From Candidatus Poseidoniaceae archaeon (GTDB lineage: Archaea > Thermoplasmatota > Poseidoniia > Poseidoniales > Poseidoniaceae): a DNA stretch of 32,000 nucleotides. The DNA is taken from positions 672,699 to 704,698 of the forward strand of contig CALSTM010000003.1 of the NCBI GenBank assembly GCA_943789275.1, read 5' to 3'. The position numbers were made by a program, and so were the translations under genes. Position 1 is the stretch's first letter. Each line of letters opens with the position of its first letter. Below the pieces are notes generated by a model. The model had not been told where the DNA came from, ran no database searches, and saw nothing but the letters and a program-made list of their open reading frames with translations. Positions 1 through 10,500 of this stretch are shown here, piece by piece.

Positions 1-903
1 TGCCAGCATTGCAGCAGTAAATTCAGTGATTGGGGACCCTTCTTGAGCCACTATTTCGTTGATGTCTGCACTGATAATCACGGCGTTTGGTGCACTGAAA
101 ACGGTACGGATTGTTTCGATGGCTTGCCAGTAGGACAAACCGCCCGGAACAGGAGTACCAGTCGCTGGAACTAAACTACCGTCTAACCCATCGATATCCA
201 CCGTAAGATGGACCGGTCCAGAAAGCGTTGATAATTCTGAAAGCCATGCTTTCCAAGATTCTTGTCCATGCGTTGGGGATTGGGTATCACGTGCAAAGAA
301 CGTCGTAATGCGTCCGTCGTTTTCGATCATCTCGGCTTCTTCTTTCGAATACGCTCGGATACCGACTTGCAATAAACGGCCTACGCCGAGGTCTAAACTG
401 CGACCTGCTGCACATGCATGGGAATACGCTTCGCCATCCAATTCGGGTCGAAGGTCGGCGTGTGCATCGATTTGAACAACGGTTAATCGACTGAGGTCTC
501 CGCCAACCAAAGGATGTCGACGTGCGGCATGAACCAACGGCGGCAAAATACCGTGTTCACCGCCAAGAACGACAGGAAAGCAATCACCTCTGTACCACGG
601 TTGGAGGTATGAGGCTATGTTGTCAAGTTGTTGCGCAAGGCTTCCACCTTCGCCATCCCATTCTGGTGCGGTGTACATCTTGACGGATGCAGGAAGGTCA
701 ATGCCGAGTTCAGCATCGAACAATTCGACGTGACCACTCGAGGCAATGCATGCAGCAGGGCCTTGTGCAGTGCCTTGGCCGTACGATGTCGTGAGCTCAT
801 ACGGGAGAGGTAGGACAACAACATCCACCTCTTCGCCCGTTTCGGGCAATCCGAGGAAATTACCCTCGACGTAGTCTTCGCTCACAACCTTGCCCTTGCA
901 CAT
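1..903 (-). CDS. speB: Arginase-fold ureohydrolase, most likely agmatinase (C-terminus runs off the left window edge)
   Basis: Absent from the supplied ORF track because it is edge-truncated. My minus-strand translation from the ATG at 903..901 reads MCKGKVVSEDYVEGNFLGLPETGEEVDVVVLPLPYELTTSYGQGTAQGPAA ... PWYRGDCFPVVLGGEHGILP ... VVQIDAHADLRPELDGEAYS ... SELSTLSGPVHLTVDIDGLD ... ITEFTAAMLA and stays open to nt 1. The GGxH, DAHxD and DIDxLD metal-binding motifs fit the arginase/agmatinase family. Agmatinase versus arginase cannot be decided by eye. Confidence 0.8.
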   Translation of the reverse strand, partial: MCKGKVVSEDYVEGNFLGLPETGEEVDVVVLPLPYELTTSYGQGTAQGPAACIASSGHVELFDAELGIDLPASVKMYTAPEWDGEGGSLAQQLDNIASYLQPWYRGDCFPVVLGGEHGILPPLVHAARRHPLVGGDLSRLTVVQIDAHADLRPELDGEAYSHACAAGRSLDLGVGRLLQVGIRAYSKEEAEMIENDGRITTFFARDTQSPTHGQESWKAWLSELSTLSGPVHLTVDIDGLDGSLVPATGTPVPGGLSYWQAIETIRTVFSAPNAVIISADINEIVAQEGSPITEFTAAMLA

Positions 904-1117
904 ATGTTCTTGAGGCTGTTGTTTGATGTGGTTTAAGACAAGTCGCCGACTGGACTGGTTGTTCGGGGCATCGCTGCCTCCGGATATCCGGCGTTGGAGT
1001 GGCCAAAATTACTGATTTTTCCTTCTTTCATGAAAAAACAGCGATGGGTCTATATGGGTTGGATGACAATATAATATACTGTCTGCGAAGGAATTGAGCG
1101 ACACGGGGGAACAAAAA

Positions 1118-1543
1118 ATGACCATGACATTATCCGAACTCACACGAGCCATTCAACAACACATCGATTTAGACATGGATGCAGAAGTTGCTCAAGGCAT
1201 GGCAGAACACGCTCTTGGTTTCTTTGGATTTTACAATCGCATTATCGATAATGCCTTGGAACCTACCGACCGCAACCTGTTTTACATGTTCCAAGACTAT
1301 GACCTTCTCACCACCGAATCCGAAGAAACGACCCTTTGGGATGGACGAGAGTGGAGGATTCACTACTGGAAATTCAAGCCAGACTTGCGAGAGCGAGTCG
1401 AAGCATACATGCAACGCAACCTCGAACCTGAGGAGATTGATCCATTCGCAGACATTTACGGTGGAAAGACCGACATCAACTCCATTTGGACCCGTGAATC
1501 TGAAAAAGTCACCAACCCGAATGCATTCACCAGCGACTGGTAA
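1118..1543 (+). CDS. Hypothetical acidic cytoplasmic protein (141 aa)
   Basis: Track ORF 1094..1543 begins on TTG. The first ATG is at 1118 (MTMTLSELTRAIQQ...), preceded by GGGGGA at 1105-1110. No TM segment, signal peptide or motif I recognise. I prefer it to the antisense ORF 1169..1711, which is Cys/Arg-rich and overlaps the start of the next gene. Confidence 0.55.
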   Translation: MTMTLSELTRAIQQHIDLDMDAEVAQGMAEHALGFFGFYNRIIDNALEPTDRNLFYMFQDYDLLTTESEETTLWDGREWRIHYWKFKPDLRERVEAYMQRNLEPEEIDPFADIYGGKTDINSIWTRESEKVTNPNAFTSDW

Positions 1544-1588
1544 TCTTCCGTTGCAAGCGTTTTTGATGTTGAGAGGGCAGGGACGCTC

Positions 1589-2959
1589 ATGCGAGTTGCA
1601 ATTGGCTTGGTCCTCTGCTTGATGCTCGCAAGTGTTCCCGTGACATCTGCTCAATCGGATTCGAACGAGGAAAACGCATGGCCTGGAGACCCAATCGACA
1701 GTCACGTTCACATGACGTGGGCGGCTTTGACCCTCGAAGTCAACGGATGGGCTGATGATTATCCTGAAATTGTGGATTTGGCCGATGTCGGTAAATCTGA
1801 ACTTGGCAAGTCATTGTGGGTCGTTCGCTTGTCTGACTGGTCCGTTGATACTAAACCGAACGGCAGTGCAAAGGAAATTGTTTACATTGATGGCGGCCAC
1901 CACGGTAACGAATACTTGGGAACTGCATTAGCTTGGTTGTCGGCAAAGTGGTACATCAACGGATGGGCTGAAGGCAATCAAGAAGCGATTGACGTATTGC
2001 AAAACACTGAACTTCACATCCTTATCATGCTCAATCCAGACGGAAACGATATCGATACGCGCTGGAACATCAATCAGGTTGACCTGAACAGGAATTACGA
2101 TCACTACTGGAACACTTGTCCAACCACGCAACCCGGTAGCAGTGCGTTCAGTGAATCCGAAACTGCTGCGAATTCAAACTACATGAACACGGTCGTCCCG
2201 GATGCTGACTTGTATGTGACCATGCACACTGGGGTTTGGATTATGCTTTACCCGTGGGGTAAATGGCCTGAGCAACCTCAGGATTGGGAATTATTCCACC
2301 AAATCAGAGAGGATGTCAACAACGACATTTCCAGTATACCAATTCAGAATGCGAACCAAGGACTGTATCCGAATTGTGGAACAAGCAGAGATTATGGCTA
2401 CGGCGTCATGGGTTATCCTACCTTTACCTTCGAAACCGATGATGAACAATTCGTCCCGGGTTCCTTTGAGAACTTGAACGAACGATTGGGTGAAGAAATG
2501 GATGTCATGAGGTATCTGATTTCGAACGTGTGGTATTGGCGTGCAAGATTAGATGTCCAGTCTCTCGAAATCTCGGACGATGAAATTTCACTCGATGTTC
2601 GCAACCACGGTCAAGCATCGTCTTCGAACACCACCTTGCGGTATGTCGATACGGGCGGTAATGCGTTATGGGAATCGAACCTTTTCACGGTGAATGCCAC
2701 CAATTCTTCGATGGTTACTCTTGACGCAAAGAACCTATCCTTGACTGCTGATGGGTCATGGGAGTTGTACTATCAAATCCGAGTTGTGAACTCGTCGCGA
2801 TGGGTCTCGGAGCCGGTGAATGCATCCGTACTTGTGATGATTGAAACCGAATCATCGAACTTCCTCGTCGGATACGGTCTTTTCAATCCGGTGACGTTGA
2901 TTGCCGGATTCGCTGCAATTGCGGCCTTTGCTCAGCGCGAAGAGTCGGACGAAGAGTGA
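1589..2959 (+). CDS. Secreted, C-terminally anchored M14 zinc carboxypeptidase
   Basis: N-terminal signal-like MRVAIGLVLCLMLASVPVTSA. M14 motifs are present: GGHHGNEYLG (HxxE zinc ligands), DLNRNY, and VTMHTG (third zinc His). The C-terminus has a hydrophobic helix (VTLIAGFAAIAAFA) followed by the acidic tail QREESDEE. Confidence 0.85.
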   Translation: MRVAIGLVLCLMLASVPVTSAQSDSNEENAWPGDPIDSHVHMTWAALTLEVNGWADDYPEIVDLADVGKSELGKSLWVVRLSDWSVDTKPNGSAKEIVYIDGGHHGNEYLGTALAWLSAKWYINGWAEGNQEAIDVLQNTELHILIMLNPDGNDIDTRWNINQVDLNRNYDHYWNTCPTTQPGSSAFSESETAANSNYMNTVVPDADLYVTMHTGVWIMLYPWGKWPEQPQDWELFHQIREDVNNDISSIPIQNANQGLYPNCGTSRDYGYGVMGYPTFTFETDDEQFVPGSFENLNERLGEEMDVMRYLISNVWYWRARLDVQSLEISDDEISLDVRNHGQASSSNTTLRYVDTGGNALWESNLFTVNATNSSMVTLDAKNLSLTADGSWELYYQIRVVNSSRWVSEPVNASVLVMIETESSNFLVGYGLFNPVTLIAGFAAIAAFAQREESDEE

Positions 2960-3035
2960 CGCCCCCCCTCTCTTGTCTGAAAGCCGAGCGCGAGGTTTCA
3001 AGTGCTTCAAGTCCTTGGTCGGTATAGGTGAACCC

Positions 3036-4529
3036 ATGAAAGTAACAGTAAGCCCAGGACACAACATCGACGGAACTCTACTCTTGCCCCTCTACGAAGG
3101 CTCTGAAAGCGTGCCTTCATCGCTTGAAGCAGGCCTTCATACTGCGTTGAAAAGTCAAATCAATCGAATCCTCTCTGAAGGAGATTTCAAGGCCAAGGCC
3201 AAGTCGACCATGTCCATTATCGGCAGCGAAGGTGGAAAGGCAATGCTTGTTGGACTCGGTAAAGAAGAGGACATCGATGCTCATGCGTACCGAAAGGCTG
3301 GCGCATCGGTTATTGCAAACCGAAAGAAAGCTCACGGCACCGACTTTACCGCACGGTTCAGCGGTCTTTCCGTCGAATTGATGGGTGCTTTTGCTGAAGG
3401 TATGCTCTTGCGAGACTATTCGTATGACCACTACAAGCAGAAAGACGATGACGACGAAGAGAACGAAATCACCGTCCGAATCACCTGCGATGAAGGTCAA
3501 GAGAAGGAACTGAATTCACTCATCTATACCCACGCAGGTGTCGCTTCAGGCGTACACTTGTCTCGTGACCTCGGTAACTGTCCTCCAAACGACATGTTCC
3601 CAGAGGCTTTCGCAGACCAAGCATGGGAATGGGCCAAGCAATACGATAACGTCGAAGTCACCATCATCAATTACGACCAAGCTGTCAAAGCAGGTATGGG
3701 TGGTTTGGTTGCTGTTGGAATGGGCTCGGCTCGTAAACCATGCATGGTCATCTTCGAAATGAACGCTGACGTGAAGGGTCGTGGACCAATGTTGGTCGGT
3801 AAAGGAATCACCTTCGATACCGGCGGCATTTCACTCAAGCCAGGTGCAAACATGGACGAAATGAAGTACGACATGGGTGGTTCTGCAACCGTCTTTGGAA
3901 CCATGCAAGCACTTGCATCAACCGGATTCGCTGGAAAGGTCACAGCAATTACCTGTATGGCAGAGAACATGCCATCATCCAACGCTCAACGTCCTGGTGA
4001 CGTCATTAAGACGCTTTCTGGTAAGACCATTGAAGTGCTCAACACCGATGCTGAAGGCCGACTTGTGCTTTCCGATGGATTGTGGAAGGCTGGAGAGTTT
4101 GACCCAGAATACATCATTGATTTCGCAACCCTTACCGGTGCTTGCGTCGTTGCTCTTGGGCACGAAGCAACCGGTCTATGGTCCAATGACGATGATTTCC
4201 GAACACGTATTCACGAAGCAGGAAACGCAGTCGACGAACTCGCTTGGCCTATGCCGCTACTGCCTGCCTTTGAGAAGGAAATGACCAACTCGAAGATTGC
4301 AGACACTCGGAACCTTGGCGCTGGACGCTACGGCGGTGCAAACACTGCTGCTGCGTTCCTCAAGCAATTCGTTCCGAACCGTGGCTATGAAAAGGATGGA
4401 GAGAAAATTCCTTGGGCCCACATGGACATTGCAGGAACATACTGGGGTGCTAAGACCAATTCGATGGTTGGCAACGGTGCAACAGGAATCCACGTTCGTA
4501 CCATGTACCACCTCATCACCAACGGATGA
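3036..4529 (+). CDS. pepA: Leucyl aminopeptidase (peptidase M17)
   Basis: M17 signatures VGKGITFDTGGISLKPG and NTDAEGRLVLSDGL are present. Track ORF 2901..4529 overlaps the upstream gene. I trimmed it to the ATG at 3036 (MKVTVSPGHN...), which is preceded by GGTGA at 3027-3031. Confidence 0.9.
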   Translation: MKVTVSPGHNIDGTLLLPLYEGSESVPSSLEAGLHTALKSQINRILSEGDFKAKAKSTMSIIGSEGGKAMLVGLGKEEDIDAHAYRKAGASVIANRKKAHGTDFTARFSGLSVELMGAFAEGMLLRDYSYDHYKQKDDDDEENEITVRITCDEGQEKELNSLIYTHAGVASGVHLSRDLGNCPPNDMFPEAFADQAWEWAKQYDNVEVTIINYDQAVKAGMGGLVAVGMGSARKPCMVIFEMNADVKGRGPMLVGKGITFDTGGISLKPGANMDEMKYDMGGSATVFGTMQALASTGFAGKVTAITCMAENMPSSNAQRPGDVIKTLSGKTIEVLNTDAEGRLVLSDGLWKAGEFDPEYIIDFATLTGACVVALGHEATGLWSNDDDFRTRIHEAGNAVDELAWPMPLLPAFEKEMTNSKIADTRNLGAGRYGGANTAAAFLKQFVPNRGYEKDGEKIPWAHMDIAGTYWGAKTNSMVGNGATGIHVRTMYHLITNG

Positions 4530-4550
4530 TCCTTGTTTGAGTTGAATCTC

Positions 4551-5384
4551 ATGCAGAGGCGTGCATCTGTTCCTGCACGAATCAACATCATCGGTGAACA
4601 CACAGATTATGCCGGCGGCAAAGCAATGCCGTTTGCTCTGGATGTGCGAATGGTCTTGCAAGCAACAGCCCTCGATGAAGGATACGAAGGAGGAGCGACC
4701 GTCGTAGCATTGTGGAAGTCAGCAGGCGGTTGGCCCGCTCGACTTGAGATGGAAAGCGAGATTCCAATTGGCGTAGGTATGTCCTCTTCTGCTGCACTGT
4801 GCCTTGCCGTTGTCCTGTGCGTCAACGGCAAAATGAAACCATTTGATGCTTGTCTTGAAGCTCAACGAATCGAACATGAAGTTCTCAACACTCCGTGCGG
4901 TCTGCTCGATCAAATGGCCATGATGTTCGCCAAAGAAGGCCATGCATCCATCATTGATTTCTCCAACAACACGGTGGATTCTTACGCAATTCCCACCGAA
5001 TGGATGTTTAAACTGGTTGATTCAGGAATTCACCGAACGCTCAGTGATGCATCGTATCGAAGTTCAAAAGATGAATCGATTGTCTCGGCCCACGTTGCTT
5101 CTGAGAACAAACGGGTTGAATCAGCGGTTGGAGCGACAGCACAGGAACTCGGTGAATTGCTCAACCAATCTCATGCTTCCTTGATACGAAGGGGTGTGAG
5201 TCTGCCTGAAATGGATGCTCAAGTCGCTGCTCTACAACAAACCGACGGCGTCTATGGTGCTCGAATGATGGGCGGCGGATTCGGTGGAATGATTCTGGTG
5301 TTGGTCGCCTCGGAAGAAATCCTTCCGAACCAACGTCTTTACCGTCCTTCACAAGGTGGTTTTGTCGAGGAATTTTTCGAGTGA
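4551..5384 (+). CDS. GHMP-family sugar kinase, short galactokinase-like (277 aa)
   Basis: Galactokinase signature ARINIIGEHTDYAGG, GHMP motif 2 PIGVGMSSSAAL, and motif 3 MMGGGFGGMILV. It is about 100 aa shorter than classical GalK. The track start at 4533 is TTG, so I used the first ATG at 4551. The 3' end overlaps the convergent gene by 36 nt (5349-5384). Confidence 0.75.
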   Translation: MQRRASVPARINIIGEHTDYAGGKAMPFALDVRMVLQATALDEGYEGGATVVALWKSAGGWPARLEMESEIPIGVGMSSSAALCLAVVLCVNGKMKPFDACLEAQRIEHEVLNTPCGLLDQMAMMFAKEGHASIIDFSNNTVDSYAIPTEWMFKLVDSGIHRTLSDASYRSSKDESIVSAHVASENKRVESAVGATAQELGELLNQSHASLIRRGVSLPEMDAQVAALQQTDGVYGARMMGGGFGGMILVLVASEEILPNQRLYRPSQGGFVEEFFE

Positions 5385-7382
5385 AGAGAGGCCTTCAGGC
5401 GTCCCCATATCCCAGAACTTGGTGTTGTCAACATGCACCTGGGCTTGACCGGACAGTGCCGGATAGACCGTTTCTTCCCAACTCCATTTTCCGCCTTTAC
5501 CGTGTTCGAGAAGTGTTGATTTTTCCACAACGCTTGTTCCAGCCTCGTATCCGTTCAGTTTGGACGTGTCTTTGGTTCGTTTGTCGTACTCCAGCAGGAG
5601 TTCCCCATCGTGTTGGAGGTTTGAGTCGCTGTGGGTTTCGGTAACCGTCATTGTGAGCGGAGATTGTTGCGACCGGTGTTTGTTCATCAGTGACGCATAG
5701 TCAATTGGATGCAAATCATCGCCCCAAACGAGAAGAAAGCGTTCTTCAAGCAACGCTCGAGCGTTCCACAATGCACCACCGGTTCCAAGCGGTTCATTCT
5801 CGCGATGGAACGTGATGCTCATTCCCGGATGCGTCATGCCTTCGAATTGCTCTCCGTGGTGACCGGTAAGTACCAGAGCATTCATGCAACCTTGACGCTT
5901 AGCCCAATCCAGAATATGGCTGAGAATGGGTTTCCCGTTCACTTCAATCAAGGATTTTGGAACCTTTTCGGTCATCTGCCCTAAGCGAGTCCCTAAGCCA
6001 CCGGCCATGACAACCAGTTGTGGCATTGTATGGGCTTTGACAATTGCAGCATACTCTTTACCGCTGTCTTTGAGGGTTCTCTCCTTCGTCTCAAAGTCGA
6101 CGTGATAGAGTCCAAAGCGCTGATCGTATCCTTCTGCCCATTCGAAATTGTCCATCAAACTCCAATGGTAAAATCCCCGAACGTCCAATCCATCTGCGAT
6201 GGCTTCTGCGGTTATCTGCAGATGTCGACGAATATGTTCTGGACGCATGTCATCGTCATCATCGGCAACACCGTTTTCGGTGACGATAATAGGGAGGTTG
6301 AGGCTTTCAACCATGTCGAAAGCTCGACGCAAACCAACAGCGTACATTGGATAGCGGAAGTCTGTACGCTGTTCCCACGGCCGAATCAACGGGTCGATTT
6401 CGACTTTGGTTGGCATGAACGGCGTGGTTAACAGATGCGTGTAATAGTTGACACCGATGAAATCACTGCTGTCTTTGAGGCCCTCGATACGCTTGGAGAA
6501 AAGACCTGAAGGTGGTTTGAACCGGCCTGTAGCAAGTCCTTTCAGCCAACACCGGTTGAACATTCCATCGAGCAGTTTCGTTTGCATCCAATGCAGTGGA
6601 TTCCATCTTCGATACGGGTCAAACAAGTTGATGTTTTTGACCAAGCCGATCTGGCATCGCTGACCGTTTTTCATGGTCTTAAGTTTTCGATAGCAGCGTG
6701 CATGGGCTCTCATCAGATTCAAGGAGACGGTACGTGTTTTTTTGAACGAACGAACGCCAGGCGGGAACTCACCAAGCACATATCCCATCGATGCATAGAC
6801 TGCTGGCTCGTTGATGGTGCACCACCATTCAACTCGATCGCTGAGTAAATCAAACATCTTCATGCTGAATTGAACCCAATGCGATACGTTTTCTTCTCGC
6901 TCAAATCCGCCCATTTCATCCCACCACAGTGGATGGGTGAAATGGTGAAGCGTGGCCATGGGTTGAATGCCTCGGACGAGTAATTCATCAACGAGGTCAG
7001 AATACCATTGCAGTGCATCTTGATTCCATTGACCTTGCTGCGGTTCAATTCTCGACCACTCGATGGAAAACCGATAGTGTGAGACGCCTAAGTTCTTGAT
7101 GAGACCAACATCTTCAGTTCGGCGATTCCAGTGGTCGCATGCCTCACCGCTCAGTTGCTGACTTTTGGAACGAGGTTCAAAAGCGGACCAATTGTTTGTG
7201 TTTCCGCCTTCAATTTGATGAGAGGCAGTCGCCACCCCCCACATGAAATCTTTGGGAAATGCACTCCCGTCTTTCAGTGAACTGTAATCAACAGTATCCC
7301 ACTGGCGGTGTTCTTCAGTCCACACATGCTTTCCAAAGATGGAACAGCCATGAGGGTTTGGTTCAGAACTTCGACCGAGCAA
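5349..7382 (-). CDS. Fusion protein: GH1 beta-glycosidase (N-terminal) + sugar-1-phosphate nucleotidyltransferase (C-terminal)
   Basis: A single 677-codon ORF with no internal stop. GH1 motifs: FPKDFMWGVATASHQIEGG, acid/base WWCTINEP, nucleophile IIVTENG. From about residue 453 (ATG at 6026): QLVVMAGGLGTRLG...KSLIEVNGKPIL...ENEPLGTGGAL, a typical NTP-transferase fold. The start is uncertain. 7382 is a TTG, there is an in-frame GTG near 7327, and there is no in-frame ATG before the FMWG motif. Confidence 0.8.
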   Translation of the reverse strand: MLGRSSEPNPHGCSIFGKHVWTEEHRQWDTVDYSSLKDGSAFPKDFMWGVATASHQIEGGNTNNWSAFEPRSKSQQLSGEACDHWNRRTEDVGLIKNLGVSHYRFSIEWSRIEPQQGQWNQDALQWYSDLVDELLVRGIQPMATLHHFTHPLWWDEMGGFEREENVSHWVQFSMKMFDLLSDRVEWWCTINEPAVYASMGYVLGEFPPGVRSFKKTRTVSLNLMRAHARCYRKLKTMKNGQRCQIGLVKNINLFDPYRRWNPLHWMQTKLLDGMFNRCWLKGLATGRFKPPSGLFSKRIEGLKDSSDFIGVNYYTHLLTTPFMPTKVEIDPLIRPWEQRTDFRYPMYAVGLRRAFDMVESLNLPIIVTENGVADDDDDMRPEHIRRHLQITAEAIADGLDVRGFYHWSLMDNFEWAEGYDQRFGLYHVDFETKERTLKDSGKEYAAIVKAHTMPQLVVMAGGLGTRLGQMTEKVPKSLIEVNGKPILSHILDWAKRQGCMNALVLTGHHGEQFEGMTHPGMSITFHRENEPLGTGGALWNARALLEERFLLVWGDDLHPIDYASLMNKHRSQQSPLTMTVTETHSDSNLQHDGELLLEYDKRTKDTSKLNGYEAGTSVVEKSTLLEHGKGGKWSWEETVYPALSGQAQVHVDNTKFWDMGTPEGLSSLEKFLDKTTL

Positions 7383-7398
7383 AGCACATGTATCGAGG

Positions 7399-7469
7399 TG
7401 CGGATAGCGGGAGTCGAACCCGCGACAAGAGGTTGGAAACCTCCTATGTTACCACTACACCATATCCGC
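7399..7469 (-). tRNA. tRNA-Gly (anticodon UCC), 71 nt, no encoded CCA
   Basis: The reverse complement folds by hand as GCGGATA TG GTGT AGTGGTA ACAT A GGAGG TTTCCAA CCTCT TGTC GCGGG TTCGACT CCCGC TATCCGC A. It has a 7-bp acceptor stem, 5-bp anticodon and T stems, and anticodon TCC at positions 34-36. Confidence 0.9.
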
Positions 7470-7532
7470 ACGATGTGATGTTCTCGCCGAGAAGTCTCTC
7501 CTCTTTGAGTGAATCGGTTGTACAATCACAAA

Positions 7533-10500
7533 TCAAGCACGAGGCGGTGGTGGTGGCGGAACTCCGCCTCGCATGTCCATACCGTGCCGTACCTGAGATG
7601 TATCATTGATGCGATTGTAACGAGCCGTCAAGACTTCTCGAGCTCGCTCTTCTCGCTGTTCAGCCAACCGTGCCTCGGAGGCTTTTCCACGAATCATCAG
7701 CATACCCATGAGGAAGAACAGAACCAATCCTCCAATCAGGGCTTGAACAATTGGCATTTCCATAACTTTGTTGAAAGCGTTTGCATCATCGATAATGAGT
7801 GAGTCTTCGTCGACAATACGGGAGTCAAATACATTGAGTCTGACCGAGCCAGAGTCCATTGCCACATCAGCACCAGGCTCTCGGATGCTGACGAACAACT
7901 GGAACTCACCGGCATTGCGCCCTTCACCGGTGAAGACGGCAACTTGCGTGTCACCGGTCGTTTCTGTGAAGGTCAAGACTTGAACTTGCGTTGCGCCTAT
8001 AATGGATGAAATCGGTTGCCATTCTGCTCGAATAGTAACGTTTGGTAGAGCGCTTACGATGCTGCAACTGAAGGAGAAGTAATCCTCTGCAGCAAGGTCC
8101 AAATCGATGCTTACAGGGCTGCATGTAATCGAACCTTCAGCAGCGTTTCGTGTTGGGTCATTCGGCCAATGGTCTGGTTTAATGGCTCCAGTTGAAAGGT
8201 TCTCACCCCATCCGTCACCGTCTGAATCGAGCCACTGGGTAGGCTCGCTTGGGAAATCATCGTTGATATCTGCATACTTGTCGCCGTCAGAATCAACACA
8301 TCCTCTTGAAGTTCCAAGCGACGCAGTTCCAAACTCGTCTGGACAAGCATCGCCGTCTGTACCTTGTGGGTTATCCCCCCAGGTGTCGCCATCGCTGTCA
8401 AACCACTGCGTTGAATCGTTCAGCCACAGGTCGTTGGTGTTACTCGCACCGTCACCGTCACCGTCGAGGCAGCCGAAAACATCGATTGTCGAGGTGCCGA
8501 AAGTGGAGGTGCAATTATCCGGTTGACTACCGTTTGGATTGTCACCGTATCCGTCACCGTCTGCATCGAGCCACTGAGTTGGGTCGTCTGGGAAAGCGTC
8601 ACCGTTCTGTGATGATCCATCGTTGTCTTCATCGTAGCAACCAAAGATATCCACGCTGGAGTATCCTTCAACGGTTGGGCAAGAATCCGGTTGGAATCCA
8701 CTTGCATTATCGCCGTATCCGTCGCCGTCTTGGTCGGCCCACTGCGTTGGTTCAAACGGTAGAGCGTCTGCTCCATCGGAACTGTTCCATCCCGGATTGC
8801 CGTTTTCAGGCATTGTTGGGTCGGAGTATCCGTCACCGTCCGTGTCTGGGCACGCCTTTCTGTCTTGAGTTGAGTTACCGGCCTGCGAAATACAATCGTC
8901 TTCGAGGTCATCGAAACCGTCTCCATCCGTATCTTGGGTACGGGTTGGGTCGTTCGGGAATGCATCGCTTTCGTTGGACATACCATCGCCATCTGAATCG
9001 ATGCAACCGAATCGGTCAAGTGTTGAGTTTCCAGCAACTCCTGGGCAAGCATCCGGTTGTGGTCCTGTAGCGTTATCGCCGTAGCCATCGCCGTCTTGGT
9101 CGAGCCATTGGTGGGCCAGATTTGGTAGTTGGTCAAATACGTCATCCCATCCGTCGCCATCGGTGTCTGGGCAGCCCATTCTGTTCCCCATGGTTGAGTT
9201 TCCGCTCAAGGTTGGGCAGGCATCGGGAGTTGTACCTCCAAGGTTATCACCAAATCCATCACCGTCCGCATCGGACCATTGGCTCGAATCGTTCATGTGT
9301 GAATCAATGATATTTGCCCAACCGTCTTGATCGTTGTCGAGGCACCCCAGGACGTTGTTTTGCCACGAGTCGCCGTTTTCATTTGGACAATCGTCAGCGA
9401 GATTCCCTGTAGCGTTGTCACCGAATCCGTCTCCATCCGAATCGGTTGATTGTGTGGGGTCGGTCTTGAAAGCATCTGAGCCGTTATCGGTTGGTGTCCA
9501 ATTCGGGTCTGCATCGGAGACTCCATCGCCGTCGGTATCAGGACAGCCTGTTCGGTCGACCGTCGAGTTCCCCCAGAAATCAGGACAATCGTCGTCCACT
9601 TGGTTGTCAATACCGTCACCGTCTTCATCCGACCAGCGCAAGGGGTCGTTTGGATGGGTGTCAGCACCTTGTGCAACGGTGTAACCAGCGTCAGCATCTG
9701 AATAGGTATCGCCATCCGTATCGAGGCATCCGTATCGGTCTGAGGACGAGCTTCCAGCGTCGTTTGGACAACTGTCGGGGAACACTCCGGCTGGATTATC
9801 TCCGAATCCATCCGTATCTGTATCGACCCATTGTGTAGGCTCATTTGGCCAAACGTCAGCACCGTTTGCAGTGGTCCATACTGAGCCGTTGTTACCCAAC
9901 GGGTCTGGGTCGGAGAAGGAGTCTCCGTCCGCGTCTGGACAACCAAATCGGTCGGATGATGAGGAGCCATGCGTCGTGAGACACGAATCTGGATTAAATC
10001 CAAGCGGTTCATCTCCGTAACTGTCAGCATCGGTATCGTTCCATTGCGTCGGAATAAGTGGGAATGCATCAGCACTGCCGATTGGATGTGCAGGCCATCC
10101 AGCATCGTAGTCAGAATATCCATCTTCGTCGCTGTCTGGGCAGCCGACACGGTCGATGGTTGACCGAGCAGCTCCAAGCGCTAATCCGTCGTTAATACAC
10201 GCATCGGGGTTTGTTCCAGATTGGTTGTCACCGTATCCGTCACCGTCCGTATCAAGCCACTGTGTGGCGTCATTCGGGAAAGCGTCTGCAATTCCGGCAG
10301 GATGAGCCAATACTGTACTGTCGGCGTCAGAGTACCCATCGCCGTCCGTATCAAGACAACCGGTTCGGTCTGCAGTGGATGTTCCCTGAACGGTAGGACA
10401 GTCATCGCTGTTCGAGGCAGGCGGAGGATTATCCCCGTAACCGTCACCATCGGAATCTGCCCATTGAGTACCGTCGCCAAGGAAGGCATCAGCACCGTTG

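Noticed and set aside
615-824. ORFs 615..824 (-) and 628..813 (+) from the track.
   Set aside because: Both lie inside the agmatinase-like gene in non-coding frames. The real frame, missing from the track because it is edge-truncated, carries the arginase-fold motifs.
1169-1711. 180-aa minus-strand ORF overlapping the 141-aa hypothetical gene and the start of the M14 gene.
   Set aside because: It is antisense to two plus-strand genes, has a Cys/Arg/Val-rich composition and no start context. The M14 signal peptide region on the plus strand is clearly real.
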